A stretch of DNA of 63,825 bases, filler included, from Octopus bimaculoides (GCF_001194135.2; 4 parts of 4 records of this genome joined end to end with filler, not necessarily neighbours in it), one strand, 5' to 3'. Counted from the whole stretch's first letter, positions 11,545 through 25,991 are shown. The notes: generated from the letters alone by a model not told the origin. A program made the numbers and translations.

Positions 11545-11650
11545 AAAGCCCTATAGTAGAAGACACTTACCCAAGGTGCCACACAGTGGGACTGAACCTG
11601 GAACCATGTGGTTCGTAAGCAAGCTACTTAACCACACAGTAACTCCTACA
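11545..11650 (-). mobile_element. Family A SINE head
   Basis: GACACTTACCCAAGGTGCCACACAGTGGGACTGAACC. Confidence 0.85.
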
Positions 11651-11680
11651 TACCTACTTGCATGTATGTATATATATGTA

Positions 11681-11721
<41 letters not shown>

Positions 11722-12409
11722 TCACACACACGTGTGTGCATTGCTAAATACTTCATGGCAGTGCTCCAGCATGGCCAAATATATTCTATTCTTTGTACTT
11801 GTATCCATTCAATGACTGAAACAAGTAAAAAGAAAAAGACATACTATACTATGTCTTTTGAGATTTTAAGAAATTACTGGTTGGTCATGGTTGGAACACT
11901 TTTGATCATAGCTCTGTTCATTGAGAACTAACCTAGTATTATTGTGTTCTGTTGTTACACTGTATTACAGTTGTACCTGGTTTTCTTGTACTTCTTATTG
12001 AACCATAAACATATGGTCTGCAGTGAGGATAACTCTTGCTAATCCTTGTAAACATGTTTTCTGCACTGTACCTACACATTGGTTAAGATCAAGTTCATAA
12101 AGGTTTGCTCTCAAAATCTTTGTTCTCAAAGCTCTAATAATAAATGGCTGCATCATGGCCTTATTAACTTTTCTGCTCCAGCTCTTGAGGTGTATATAAT
12201 ACTCAACTTTTTCTTTCCTTTTACTTTTTTCACTCTGATATCAAATTGGCATTATTATTATTATTACTTCCTAATGTATCATTATTATTATTATTACTTT
12301 CTAAAGGTGACAAGCTAGCAGAATTGTTACTGTATCTGACAATATCCCATCCAAAATGGAGTTTTTTTCTTTTTAAAATCAAAACATGTCAACTTGATTA
12401 TTGCTGAGA

Positions 12410-13400
12410 AATAAGTTTACTCAAAATAGCCGCTTTCAGTTTCTACCTAAGGTAGAAACTGAAAGCGGTTATTTTGAAAGCCTCAAGACAGCTCTGGAAC
12501 CTGGCACATGCATTCCTGACTATGTTCCTGAGAAGATCTTCAAATAACTCCTTGGTTGTAGCCAACTTGGCCTTGGTGTTTCAGGCAGAAGCAGTTGGTA
12601 TCTTTCTCAACTGCACCTCACACATAGTAACCCATGGGATTACAATTGGGGGATCTAGGAGTCGTAGAAATTCTTTGACATCAAATCTGACTCTTTCTGG
12701 TTGTATGGCAAGGGGCCAAGTCCTGTTTCCACACATATGGCCTTCCAACAGCAACCCTTGCTTGACCACAGTCTCCAGCAGCTGTTCATGGTCAGTTGAA
12801 TTGAGTCTAAGGCCCTGTTCAAAGATATGAAGAGTATGACATCACCCTAATTGGGGAAACACCTAAAGAGAATCATAGTTTGGGGTAACTTGATTTGAGT
12901 GAGTGTCAAAACTATGCTGTCAGGGACTTTGAGTCCATGGTAGGGCCAAGCAAGGCAGACAGGTCTAACACTGGTGGTGCTCGGGCTGCAACCCAGCTAA
13001 CTGGAGGGCAACAGTAAATTCCAGGTTGCATCTGTTCTGGAATCCAGTGGACTCCAGGTGGTGTTGGATTGCATCTGTAGGTATCCTTTGGTGAGAAGGT
13101 GTAACATGAGGACCAGTCATGTATGGTGGCTTATGAATACAGACAGGAACTGCTTTCGTGGAGTCTAATCATCTTGAAACTCACAATAGTGAATTCAATA
13201 GGACCTGGCATAACCCCTCTTGGGTGAATGCCATTACAAGACAAGACAAGAAGTAACTTGGTTTGCATGATACATGGGACACCACATTGGATTGTAGGCA
13301 AGTGTTCACAGAGCATGTCATGATGTTGGCATTTTGATATCCAACACAAATCATCCTGATACATGTAAATCTTTCCCAATATTCAAATGGCTTCCAGTCC
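12410..13400 (-). pseudogene. maT/DD37D-like Tc1-mariner transposase relic interrupted by a retroposon
   Basis: Motifs EKIF, VPCIMQTKL/PQTM, QGLRLN, GRPYVWKQDLAPCHT, SPNCNPMGYYV, VETESGYFE*; related to 33773-34979. Confidence 0.8.
12898..13252 (+). mobile_element. 355-bp short retroposon with (ACAAG)n tail
   Basis: Flanked by 13-bp duplication GTAACTTGATTTG (12885-12897) / GTAACTTGGTTTG (13253-13265); transposase reading resumes across it. Confidence 0.7.
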
Positions 13401-13529
13401 TCTATGTTAGCTAACTTTTCCTCAACTTCAACTTTAATCTCCAATGCCAAGCTGTTCCTGTAAAAAGGTGACATAAAAAATCATTAAAATTAGTCAAACA
13501 CCATGTATATTTGGATATGGCTGCTATTT

Positions 13530-14800
13530 CTAACAGTTTAAATGGCTGTGAAGAGACTGGTAGTGGTAGTGGTGGTCTAATAACAGACGGAGATGGTTTG
13601 ATTGTTGTGGTAGTTCTAAAGGAGATCTGATGGTGGTGGTGATAGAAAGTGGTACTGAATTTAATAGTGTGATGTAAGAGTGGGGCAGGAAAGAGAGAGT
13701 AATAGTATGAGGAGATGAAAGAAATGGGAAAGATATGAGTAGTGAAGCACTAAGAAGAAAATGTAATATGTGGTGAGAGAAAGTGACAGACGAACTGTTG
13801 GATAATGATGGTGGTGGTGGTAGTGGCAATGACACTAATGGTGATGGTGGTGGTGGTGGTAGTGGCAATGACACTAATGGTGATGGTGGTGGTGGTGGTA
13901 GTGGCAGTGACACTAATGGTGATGGTGGTGGTGATGACCACAATGTTGATGAGGATGGTGGTGACTGGAATGACAGTGGTAATGGTGGTGGTGTTGGTGA
14001 TGATGATGATGACATTAATGGTGGTAGCCGTGGTGGTAGTGTAGGTGGTGATGATGGTGTCATTGAAAGAAATACACACTATAAGACAATGATGATGACA
14101 AAATTGATAGGAGAAAAAAAAAATCGGAAGAGCAATAAGATGACAAGGACGACGAGGATGATTACACGTAAAAATGATAACAGTGGTAATGGTGGTGGTG
14201 ATGATGATGATGATGAGTGGGGAAGAGGGACAAAGAAAGAAGATGGTGTTAATGACAACGAAAGAGGGGGAGAAAATGGAAATGGGGGAGAGTGTGGTAA
14301 AGCAACGAACATGAGTCGACGAAGAAATCAGAAGAACCTGATGGCTGGTGGTGATTAGTTTTAATTAGTGGAAGAGAAGATAAGTATGTATGGTGGTGGT
14401 GGTGGTGGTGGTGGAAGGAATTGGCAGAAAGAAAGATTGGTTAGTGATAGATTGAAAGAAGCTTATAATGAAGGAGTTGAAAGAAAGAATTATCAGAGGA
14501 AGAAAAGAAGAAACAAAAAATTTAAAAAATGAGAAATGTATGAAAAGACAAATAGGCAAAAAAGTAAAGGAAGAAAGAAATTGAGAACAGAGTGTGAAGA
14601 AAAATTGAAAGAATTAATTGAAGGAAAGAAAGAAAAATGAACAAAGAAAAAATGATGGAGGAATTTGGTGGAGGGAATGGCAAAAAGAAAGAAAGAGTGG
14701 AAGAAAAATGAAGGAAATGAAAGAGAAACAGTGGAAGAAATGAGATGAAAGAATAAGGAAGGAAGAAAGACAAAAATAAAAAAAGTAAAAGTAGAATTTG
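13530..14800. repeat. Low-complexity GGT/GAT then purine-rich tract, with a 36-bp unit x3 at about 13806-13930
   Basis: Seen directly. Confidence 0.85.
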
Positions 14801-15200
14801 TAGAAATGTTATTGGAGTCAAATTGTTTGACTGAAATTCTTCAATGTGGTGCTCCAGCATGGCCACAGTCCAATGACTGAAACCAGTAAAAGAAGATATG
14901 TCTCTGTGTAGAACTGAAGGAAGAGTGAGAAAAAGAAAGAAAAGAACAAAAGAGGGGAAAGGAGATAGAAAGAGTAAAAAAATGGAAGAGTAAAATTGTA
15001 CAAAGAAATAGGTAAGGAAGAAAGAAAGAGACAAAAAGATGAAATGAATGAATATCATGAGATTTCAGGTTCAAATGGCAATGAGACAAATGGGACCAAT
15101 GTCTTTTACAATAAGCTGTCGACCAACCAATGCTTTGTGAATGAATTTGGTTCACAGAAACCCAAAGAAACCTGACATACAGTATATGAATATATATATA

Positions 15201-16098
15201 TGAAGTGGTATCAAAAAGTTTCTGAACTAGTTCTGTAGCACACCAACAGATGGCAGCACATGGTTACATGCACAGTGAGAGCTAGTAGTGACCTTTATGA
15301 AGCAGTGTGCTGAGTGATATCGCTGTGTTTACTTCGCAAGTTGTGAAATTTGTCTTTTTGTGATCACATGTATGCTGTAGTCTGTGATTTTGTCATGGAC
15401 AGAAACAAAAAGCCAACATGAAATTTTGTGCTAAACTTGGGAAGTCTGCTACAGAGACATTGAGAATGTTTCAGCAAGCTTATGGTGACAAGACAATGGA
15501 AAGTACACAATGTTTCAAGTGGCTTAGGCGCTTCAAAAGTGGAAGAACATCCCTGGAAGACCTGCCACAAGCATCACCTCCAAAAATGTGGTATTGTGCA
15601 TCGAGAATTCATCCTCCAGGGTCAGACTGTCAATCGAGAATTCTACTGAGACGTTTTGAAGTGTTTGAGGGAGGACATTCAGTGAAATCAACCAGGTCTG
15701 TGCAGTGCAAAAAATGGGATTCTTCATGGTGACATTGCACCCTATCACCAAGCTTCTCCTCACACATGAGTTTCTTGCCGAAAACAACATGGTATTGCTT
15801 CCACACCCACCCTATTCACTAGATTTAGCACTTGTGGACTTCCATCTCTTCCCAAAGATGAAAATGCAGCTCAAAGAACTGTTGTAACACTATTGTTGAG
15901 ATTTAGTGAATCACAGAAAGTCCTCAACTCTTTTAAGGAAAACAACTTCCAGGCTGGATTCCAAAAGTGGCAGGAACACTGGGACTTGTGTATTGCTGTG
16001 CAAGGTGATTATTTCAAAGGAGATGATGTTAAAACTTAGGTAATTGAGTTATTTTTTATTAAACATAATTAGTCCATGAACCTTTTGATATCACCTTA
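15201..16098 (+). mobile_element. Internally deleted mariner (DD34D)
   Basis: TIRs TGAAGTGGTATCAAAAAGTT / CCTTTTGATATCACCTTA with TA flanks; KFCAKLGKSATET HTH; HPPYSLDLA motif. Confidence 0.9.
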
Positions 16099-16119
16099 TA
16101 TATGTATGCACAAACATAT

Positions 16120-16560
16120 CTCTGTGTGTGTGTGTGTGTGTGTGCCTTTGTGTTTGTTCCCCACCATTCATTGCTTGACAACAGTGTTGGTTTGTTTATG
16201 CCCCTGTAACTAATGGGACCAGTGGAATAAGTAATAGATATGTAAAATAAGTACCGAAATCAAATTCTACAACTAAAATCCTTTAGCTCTTTTGCATTCA
16301 CATTACTCCGTCAAATGTAACGCTTGTTCATTCATACTATTTTGAATTAATCGTGCATTATGTTGTAGCTTTGAAATTTTTATGATATGACTTTATTTTT
16401 AGAATGAAATTGTAGGATAGATGTGATAAGAGGCAAGATCTGGCCAGTTTAAATATAAAACAGGCTGAATACTTGGGCCAGATACGGCTGAATTAAATGC
16501 TAAAGGGTTAAAATAGTGCCCCAGCATGGCCGCAGCCCAATGACTGAAACAAGTAAAAGA
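16120..16560 (+). mobile_element. Family A SINE tail interrupted by a MITE
   Basis: Tail motifs resume (GTGCCCCAGCATGGCC) after the MITE. Confidence 0.75.
16286..16507. mobile_element. piggyBac-type MITE
   Basis: Right end AATGCTAAAGGG-TTAA; homologous to 17455-17663. Confidence 0.7.
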
Positions 16561-16779
16561 AATATGTTTCTACTTAACTGAATCATATGGGGAGTAGTGA
16601 GACAGCCTGGGCATAAGGCATGCTCTTACTTCTCCTGTCTGTTTCACCATGTTTACAAATTCTGGTGCAGAAAACAACAGAGACAGATAAAGCAGACTCG
16701 GTAAAGGTATCACTGTTGTTGGAAGGAGCCTCTACACGGTCGAGGTGTAGTTTTTTTCCATTCATTTTTCATTTCAATA

Positions 16780-17345
<566 letters not shown>

Positions 17346-17454
17346 TTCGCCTTTTATCAAACTGTTGAATATGTTTGTTCAGGCTGTCTATTTTCTTAGT
17401 CACTTCACTCAAGATTTTAAAAAATGTTTATCAACCCTTTTAATTGTTTATTAA

Positions 17455-17663
17455 CCCTTGAGCATTCAAATTACTCCTCCAAATGTAAAGCTTTTTTATC
17501 CATACTGTTTTGAATTAATCATGTATTATCTCATAGCTTTGAGATTATGATGATGTTATGGTTTATTTTTAGAATGGCATTGTAGGGTAGGTGTCAGGCC
17601 AGTTTGAACATAAAAACAGGAGGCATATTTTGGCTGGATATAGCTGATGTAAATGCTAAAAGG
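17455..17663. mobile_element. piggyBac-type MITE
   Basis: TTAA-CCCTTGAGCATT ... AATGCTAAAAGG-TTAA. Confidence 0.8.
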
Positions 17664-19169
17664 TTAATTAATTAATTGATGCATGGAATGAGATGATTGG
17701 CCATGACTATTTGGATGCTGGTAATTTGGTATGACTGACTCAACACCAAATTTGTTTTACCCATAGTACTTTTTGGCACTCGAGGCAAACACACATGCAC
17801 ACAGAAAAAATATAGAGAGAGGGAGAAAGAAAGATAGTGAGCAAAAACATTAAAACAGAAGAAACATTGAAGCCTCAGATGACAAATTAATGTTGAATCA
17901 GTAATGCCAGATAGGCTGAGCCACATAGGCAGGGCCAAAATGTCTCATACTTATTAATGTAGCCTTGTTCCATTTTGATGTCTCATTGACTCAGATATTT
18001 AATGTTCCTTCTAAAATTATGTAGTATATATAAAATTTGAGGCATGAAATGTACTAAACACAATAAGTACTGAGAAATGAAGCTGACTGATAGAACTGTG
18101 TCACACAATTTTTATTTTTAGGTAGCAACTGTTATTTCCTATTTGCTTACTCTTAGAAAGTATGAAAAATGGCTAATATTTTCCTTCTAATTTTACTCTT
18201 CTTACTTTTATTCAAACCACAAAGACCCACTCTCAACATAAGGCTCTGATGCTCCCCCACTACTCGTGCTCATCATCAGAGATACACATATTGTCAGCCA
18301 CTAAGGGACAAGCTTAACTGGTTGTGGTCAAGCAAATCTGTGCTGCCAAGCAGAACATTTGCTATAATGATATTTCTGCTTCAGCAACTCAGCACTGAAT
18401 TTATCTGAAATGTAATGGAAAATTGGTTAGCTTCAAAACATTGATGTCCAGTTGACAAAAGCAAAGTTTGAAGGGAATAGTAGTCATTTCCTTTGATTTC
18501 AATATAGAAGCAAATAGGAAATATTATTTACTGACCAAAGATGGAAAAGAAAGAAAAAATTGTTGCACAATGTAGTCAATAAGTGATAAACAAATAATTT
18601 GAGCGAAAGAGGATACAACTTATCAAAACTGTGTACAATTATGCAATTGACAGAGGCAGAACAACTACCAAAGGCAAAAAAGGGGACAGTTCTGTGCTCG
18701 ACAAGCAAAGATAGAACAACTACTGAATTGTCCAATAAGAAATGACACACAGGAAAGCAATTTCAGACAACTTCAGGAAAGCAGAATCTGAAAAGTAATA
18801 TATGCATAAACTACAGCAAAGCCAACCAATGAAAAACATAGAGTAACTAACAAATTGGCAAACGTAACAACTGCTGATAACATCTTCATAAAACAACAGT
18901 AGAAAGCAGCCAATGGAAATGAGAAGGAAGACTGAATCTACTCCAATGTATATCAAATTAACCCAAGTCCCTAAAGAAGACATTTGTTGTCTAGCTGAAG
19001 TACGAGCAGGAAATGCAGCCAGCAAGAAGAAGAATTTAGTTTCAATGAGAGTTTTATATGTAGGTATATATGTATGTGTATATAACACACATACACACAC
19101 ACATATGCATGCGCACACACACAGACACTCAAACAGACACACAAATAAATATGCACACACATATATACA

Positions 19170-19355
19170 CGATGGACTTACATCTCCCAATTTCACTTCC
19201 CAATTTCCATTTCCCAAATTCACTCTCAAGCTATTGGTCAGTACTCAGGGCTATACTTGTGACTATGTGGTTTCAGGTTCATTTCCACTAGTGCAGTGGA
19301 ATTGAACCTGAAACCTCATAATTGCAAAGTAAGCTTCTTAACTACATAACCCATG
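19170..19355 (-). mobile_element. Degenerate family A SINE head
   Basis: GTGGAATTGAACCTGAAACC B-box region and CORE remnants. Confidence 0.6.
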
Positions 19356-19719
19356 CTATGTATTTATTTGGAATCAACTTGACCAACAATGAACCAGGAC
19401 TAAGAATCTTTCTGATGATATAATGATGAGGAGGTTGAGTGGGAGATGCAGAGGAAGACATGCAGATATTCAAATGGTAAGAAAAAGCATAACTATTTCA
19501 TAATTTTTATTTATTTATGGTTAATATGTTGGTAGAGTTGGGGTATGGTAATGAAAAATATATAAAATCTGTTGTTAAGACTGAAGGTAGTGCTGGCTGT
19601 GTGTGACTCAAATCAGCTCTTGTTCATTGAAAAAGCTCCCATGTTACATCATTATCCAATAAATGTTCTTAAAAGACAGTTTCTTCTCGTTATGGTAACC
19701 AGACGGTAAGCATTTATTT

Positions 19720-20170
<451 letters not shown>

Positions 20171-20684
20171 AGTTTAGGACAATCAGTAAGTTGTCATAAC
20201 AGGACATAATTAGGTATATATATATATTGGGAATATATTATATAATGATAAATGAAACTATATATGTTTATATATGTATGTGTGTGTGTGTGTTTTCACA
20301 TTTTTAAAAACAAAATTTTTTTTATTGTTATTCTATAAATTTGTTTCTTCTTGATTGTCCTCAGCAAACAAAGTTCTCATTTGGCTGTTAGTGTACAAAG
20401 TCAGTATTGAAGGTAACAGCATGGAATTTTCTAGACAAATCTAGTCAGAAATGTGAAAAACAAAAATAAACAGAGATCCCTGCATAGTTTGTTTTTTTTT
20501 TCTTTTCTTTTAGTTATCTTTTATCTTGCTTTTCTATTTTTTCCTATTTTCATTTTGTTACCTTCAGTCGTTTTGTTTCCTTTTCTTTCTTCTTTCATTT
20601 CCATTCTTGAAGAGAAATACTGAATTAGGCAATAAAGAGAGAGAGAAAAAGAATTAGATATATATATATATGTGTGTGTGTCTT

Positions 20685-20880
20685 TTATCGTTGTACTTGT
20701 TTCAGTCATTAGACTGCAGCCATGCTGGAACACTGCTTTGGAGAATTTTTTAGAATTTACCCCAGAATTTATTTTTTAAAGCCTGGTGCTTAACCTATTG
20801 GTGTCTTTTGCTGAACCGCTAAATTATGGCAATGTAAACTCACCGGTTTTCATGTTGTGGTGGGGAACAAAAACACACGC
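20685..20880 (-). mobile_element. Family A SINE tail
   Basis: CTTGTTTCAGTCATTAGACTGCAGCCATGCTGGAAC. Confidence 0.8.
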
Positions 20881-20887
20881 GCGCGCA

Positions 20888-20933
<46 letters not shown>

Positions 20934-21942
20934 GGCACAGGTGTAGCTGTGTGGTAAGAAACTTTTTTCTGTATTTGATTGAGAAACCAGTGGTCTGCCG
21001 TTAAGTTAAATGTTTTTAAGAGATAAATTTTGAAAGCTGCATTCCCTCGCTTTCAGTAAATATGTTGCTTATTTTTTGGTAGTTTTTGACTTATTTAGTC
21101 CCTCGAAGCATGAGGCATTACTACACAGTTAATGCCCTTTATATAAAATTATTTATATTTATGAAAAAATGATGAATTTTTTTCATTACGAAATTTCTTT
21201 CATTNNNNNNNNNNNNNNNNNNNNNNNNNNNNNNNNNNNNNNNNNNNNNNNNNNNNNNNNNNNNNNNNNNNNNNNNNNNNNNNNNNNNNNNNNNNNNNNN
21301 NNNNNNNNNNNNNNNNNNNNNNNNNNNNNNNNNNNNNNNNNNNNNNNNNNNNNNNNNNNNNNNNNNNNNNNNNNNNNNNNNNNNNNNNNNNNNNNNNNNN
21401 NNNNNNNNNNNNNNNNNNNNNNNNNNNNNNNNNNNNNNNNNNNNNNNNNNNNNNNNNNNNNNNNNNNNNNNNNNNNNNNNNNNNNNNNNNNNNNNNNNNN
21501 NNNNNNNNNNNNNNNNNNNNNNNNNNNNNNNNNNNNNNNNNNNNNNNNNNNNNNNNNNNNNNNNNNNNNNNNNNNNNNNNNNNNNNNNNNNNNNNNNNNN
21601 NNNNNNNNNNNNNNNNNNNNNNNNNNNNNNNNNNNNNNNNNNNNNNNNNNNNNNNNNNNNNNNNNNNNNNNNNNNNNNNNNNNNNNNNNNNNNNNNNNNN
21701 NNNNNNNNNNNNNNNNNNNNNNNNNNNNNNNNNNNNNNNNNNNNNNNNNNNNNNNNNNNNNNNNNNNNNNNNNNNNNNNNNNNNNNNNNNNNNNNNNNNN
21801 NNNNNNNNNNNNNNNNNNNNNNNNNNNNNNNNNNNNNATATACAGATATAGGGCAGGGAATTGCCAATTAGTAATAAAATTAATAATTAACAATTTTGCC
21901 AAGTAGTTCAGTATGAAAAAAACCTTTATCGGTAAAAACATT

Positions 21943-22108
21943 TATAATCATAAATATATAGGGATCAGCATGAGTTGCTTCACCAAATATCGCCATCCGT
22001 TAGAGAAAAAATTGTAGTTTAGAATCAGTAGTTCTTTGACTGCTATTTCTAAATTTTCAGTATGTTGGTGAAGCAACTCATGCTGACCCCTATATATTTA
22101 TGATTATA
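21943..22108. repeat. Foldback MITE-like element, about 46-bp arms
   Basis: ATAGGGATCAGCATGAGTTGCTTCACCAA / TTGGTGAAGCAACTCATGCTGACCCCTAT. Confidence 0.8.
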
Positions 22109-22114
22109 TATATA

Positions 22115-22694
22115 TGAGATGTCTGGCGATAGAGGTTCTTGGGAAGACCCGCCCACATCAGCAAAACTGAGTTCTAGAAGTGCTGTGTCCCACCCACACT
22201 TAACAAGAAAACTTCTTGCACTCTCTACCCCAACAAACCAATCTACATCTCTATATTTCTTCTCTTCCTCACATTTCCCCCTTCATACACTATGCCTACT
22301 TCTCACTCCCCAATCCTGTCCTACGGCCCTGTTTCTTTGTATCATTGCTATCTGATAGCCTCTCACCCCACTATATATATACCCAGGTTTTCCCCCTCAC
22401 TCCACCTCCGCACTCTCTACTCCTGCTTCTTTCGCAATATCCTGCCACTTATATTTTGATGTTTGAATCTCAAGGGTATGCCCTGGCACTTGCCACCATC
22501 GTATATCTCTCTCTTCCTTTACTCAACCATCCCATTTATATTCTGATCCCTGTCCCTTGTGAGTATGCTCAGCACTTTGCTACCATCTCTATCCTGCTGT
22601 CTCCCACTCTCTCTCTCTCCTTCTGCATTCCCTCAGGTTGGGTAACCATGTATCTCCTTTGTGGTAGCACACCTGTTTCTGTCTCCATTCCTGA

Positions 22695-22746
<52 letters not shown>

Positions 22747-23081
22747 GGTAACCTTGTTCCTCTTCTACAGCAAGACACCTGTCTCTGTCTCTCTGTCTCA
22801 CTATAACCTTTCATCATCTGACACAAGATCATCTCCTCTAATGTCCCCTCCCCTCTCAAAGGAATTTTTCTTGTCTTGCAAGTACTTGGTGACCCTGTCA
22901 GTGCAGGTTCCACTTAAAAAGCATCCAGTCTACTCTGTAAAGTGGTTGGCATTTGGAAAGGCTTCTAGCTGTAAAAATCCTGCCAAAACGGTCACAGAAG
23001 TTTGGTGCAGACTTCTGCCTGGCCGGCTCCTGTCAAACTATCCCACCCATGCCAGCATGGAAGGCTGATGGTAAACAATGA

Positions 23082-23085
<4 letters not shown>
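22115..23085 (+). mobile_element. RTE LINE 3' UTR fragment (variant subfamily)
   Basis: 22880-23085 aligns with 27800-27977 (GTGGTTGGCATT..CCATGCCAGCATGGAAG..(GAT)n). Confidence 0.65.
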
Positions 23086-23125
<40 letters not shown>

Positions 23126-23763
23126 ATTTAAAAGAGTTCCAACTCTGTTTTTTATGTTTTATTTATATTCTTGTAAAATTAATGTGGGATATAGAATATG
23201 GAATATATAATATAAAAATGGATGGTATAATGAAATGAAGTATTGAATGTCTTATTGAATATATGGAATATGTCTTATTNNNNNNNNNNNNNNNNNNNNN
23301 NNNNNNNNNNNNNNNNNNNNNNNNNNNNNNNNNNNNNNNNNNNNNNNNNNNNNNNNNNNNNNNNNNNNNNNNNNNNNNNNNNNNNNNNNNNNNNNNNNNN
23401 NNNNNNNNNNNNNNNNNNNNNNNNNNNNNNNNNNNNNNNNNNNNNNNNNNNNNNNNNNNNNNNNNNNNNNNNNNNNNNNNNNNNNNNNNNNNNNNNNNNN
23501 NNNNNNNNNNNNNNNNNNNNNNNNNNNNNNNNNNNNNNNNNNNNNNNNNNNNNNNNNNNNNNNNNNNNNNNNNNNNNNNNNNNNATATATATATATATAT
23601 ACATACATACATAATTATATGTATTTCTTCTATCTTAATGAATAAAAATTCTTCGGATAGAATAAATGGGTTAATAGAAACCAATGTAGCAAAGAACACA
23701 AAATAACTTTGGTGTAGTTCCTGTTTTTAAGGCAGGAACTCCTTGAGATTTTGGGTATTTGAG

Positions 23764-23968
23764 TATATTTAAAAATTTAAGGAATGGAGACTCGGTCATA
23801 ATGTCTTACATTTAAGATGATTCCCATGCTTTCCCTGATGAGAAGGTTACAACTTTAATATCACAGATCCCTATGGATCACATAGGTTGTAATCCTTTGA
23901 AACATATGTAGGAATAAAGTATGCAATTATAACATGCGTTTTCTCCATTCCTTAAATTTTTATATATA
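23764..23968. repeat. MITE-like inverted repeat, about 27-bp arms
   Basis: TAAAAATTTAAGGAATGGAGA / TCTCCATTCCTTAAATTTTTA. Confidence 0.7.
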
Positions 23969-24149
23969 TACATATATATATCGTGTTATGCTAAAAAGCA
24001 GTGCATAATGCCAGAATTTTCACCTCTAGTTAAATCGTTGTTAGAGTATCTGCATAAGTGGAGTCTCAACCAGCCAGTCTGTACTGTTGTTGAGTTATAT
24101 AAGATTTTATAATGAAGTTACACCAAGAAGTGATACTTTGAAATCATTT

Positions 24150-24312
24150 AATATGTAAGTTCCAGGTTTGTGAAATGCATAATAGGAAATGCATCCATTA
24201 CATAAACCTTTCTACCATAGCTCCAGGCTATCCAAAGCCTTACAAGTGGATTTGGTAGATGAAAAGTGATAAAAGTCTATCCTGTGTGTGTATGTGTGTG
24301 AAAGAGAGACAA

Positions 24313-24348
<36 letters not shown>

Positions 24349-24590
24349 GGAGAGCATATGTTAATGTCTTATCTTGATGTTGCTGAATATTTGTAAAATG
24401 GTTCTCACTATCATAAAACAATGTCATTCATTTGCAGTATTCTGTGAGAACATGTCTGGCAATGGTAAAAATACAATATAACCTTGCTTGGAGAAAGGTG
24501 AGGGTTGGCAACAGGAAGGGCATAGAAAAAAGCTGCCTCAAAAACTAACCATTGGAAACATGGGGAAGACATTAAAATCATGACGATGAT
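24150..24590 (+). mobile_element. Family D SINE (CORE + RTE-type tail), degenerate
   Basis: CCAAAGCCTTACAAGTGGATTTGGTAGA ... GGGTTGGCAACAGGAAGGGCAT ... GATGATG. Confidence 0.7.
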
Positions 24591-24591
24591 G

Positions 24592-24630
<39 letters not shown>

Positions 24631-24953
24631 CATAGAAGTCACTGCCATTTACCATTACCAACACAGTCAGTACTACTACTACAACCAACAAAAAATGCTC
24701 CCTCGTGGACTAAGTTGACACCAGTAAGGAACAATTATGAACTTTTCATTTAATTTCATTTTTTTAAATATGTGTTTTTGATAAGGTTCGTTTTTTCAAG
24801 AACTGAAATATGTTAAAAATTTCTCTGACAAAATTATAAATTAAAATTCATTTTTTATATATTGGCATTTTCAAACTTCTTTTTTATAAATATATATATA
24901 TGTATATGTATGTATATATATATATATGTGTGTGTATATATGTATATGTATGT

Positions 24954-24995
<42 letters not shown>

Positions 24996-25073
24996 TCAGA
25001 TGAAAATGGTACTTAAGTTGAGGCACCAGAATTTAGTATGGTATTATCCATACAATTTCAAAATAAGATGATT

Positions 25074-25991
25074 AAAATCAAAATAAGCAACAAGGATATC
25101 CAGAGGTAATGCAGTATGATCGTTTCAACCGGCTCCATTTAATTGAACAATGCAATCATTACATCAATTTAAATGCAGAGCAATCCTCAGCTGCATAAAG
25201 ACATAGAATTCAATTAAATTAAAACAGATGGACACATTAGTATAATTTTACCTAAAATCTCCAAGAAGGTAAGGAGATAGACAAAGAACATGTTACCTTC
25301 ACTTCAGCTTAGAAGCTACTAAGGTATCAGAAAGAAAGACTTGTTACAGATTTTGCTTGTCACTGTTTTATGGAGTCAGTATTAATTTATAGACTAGTTT
25401 TATCAAATCTTTGTATATCTAAGGCCAAGAGAACAAGGAGCAGTGTGTGTTAGGAATGGGGCTGAGGGAGTCGACAGAAATCTTAGTGGGTATACTCATA
25501 AAAAAAACAAACTATCAAGATTTATGAGAAGCAATATCATGAGACTCGTAAAGGAAAACTTAAATCAAGATGTTAGCTGACAATTAAGGGGGACCCCGGC
25601 CACTAGCAAACCATTGATAATGAAACAGGGGAAATCTTATCATGTAGTACTATAGTTAATTTTTTTAAACAATAAAATTGACCCCATAAAACAGTGACAA
25701 GCAAAATCTGTAGCTTCTAAGCTGAACTGAAAGTAGCATGTTCTTTGTCTATTAGCTTCTTAGTAATAGACAAAAAGGTAATAGATACCTTACCTTCTTG
25801 GAGATTTTAGGTAAAATTATACTAATGTGTCCATTGTCCATTTGTTTTAATTTAATTAAATTCTATGTCTTTATGCAGCTGAGTATTGCTCTGCATTTAA
25901 ATTGATGTAATGGTTGCATTGTTCAATTAAATGGAGTTGCTTGAGATGATCGTACTGCATTACCTCTGGATATCCTGTTGCTTATTTTGAT

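Noticed and set aside
12990-13060. GGGCAAC suggesting an HDV-like ribozyme
   Set aside because: Could not assemble P1, P2, P3 and P1.1 by eye
13783-14358. 191-aa Gly/Asp-rich ORF
   Set aside because: Product of GGT/GAT simple repeats; no splice or homology support
18420-19060. Purine-rich coding-like stretch
   Set aside because: Stops in all plus frames; no recognisable motif
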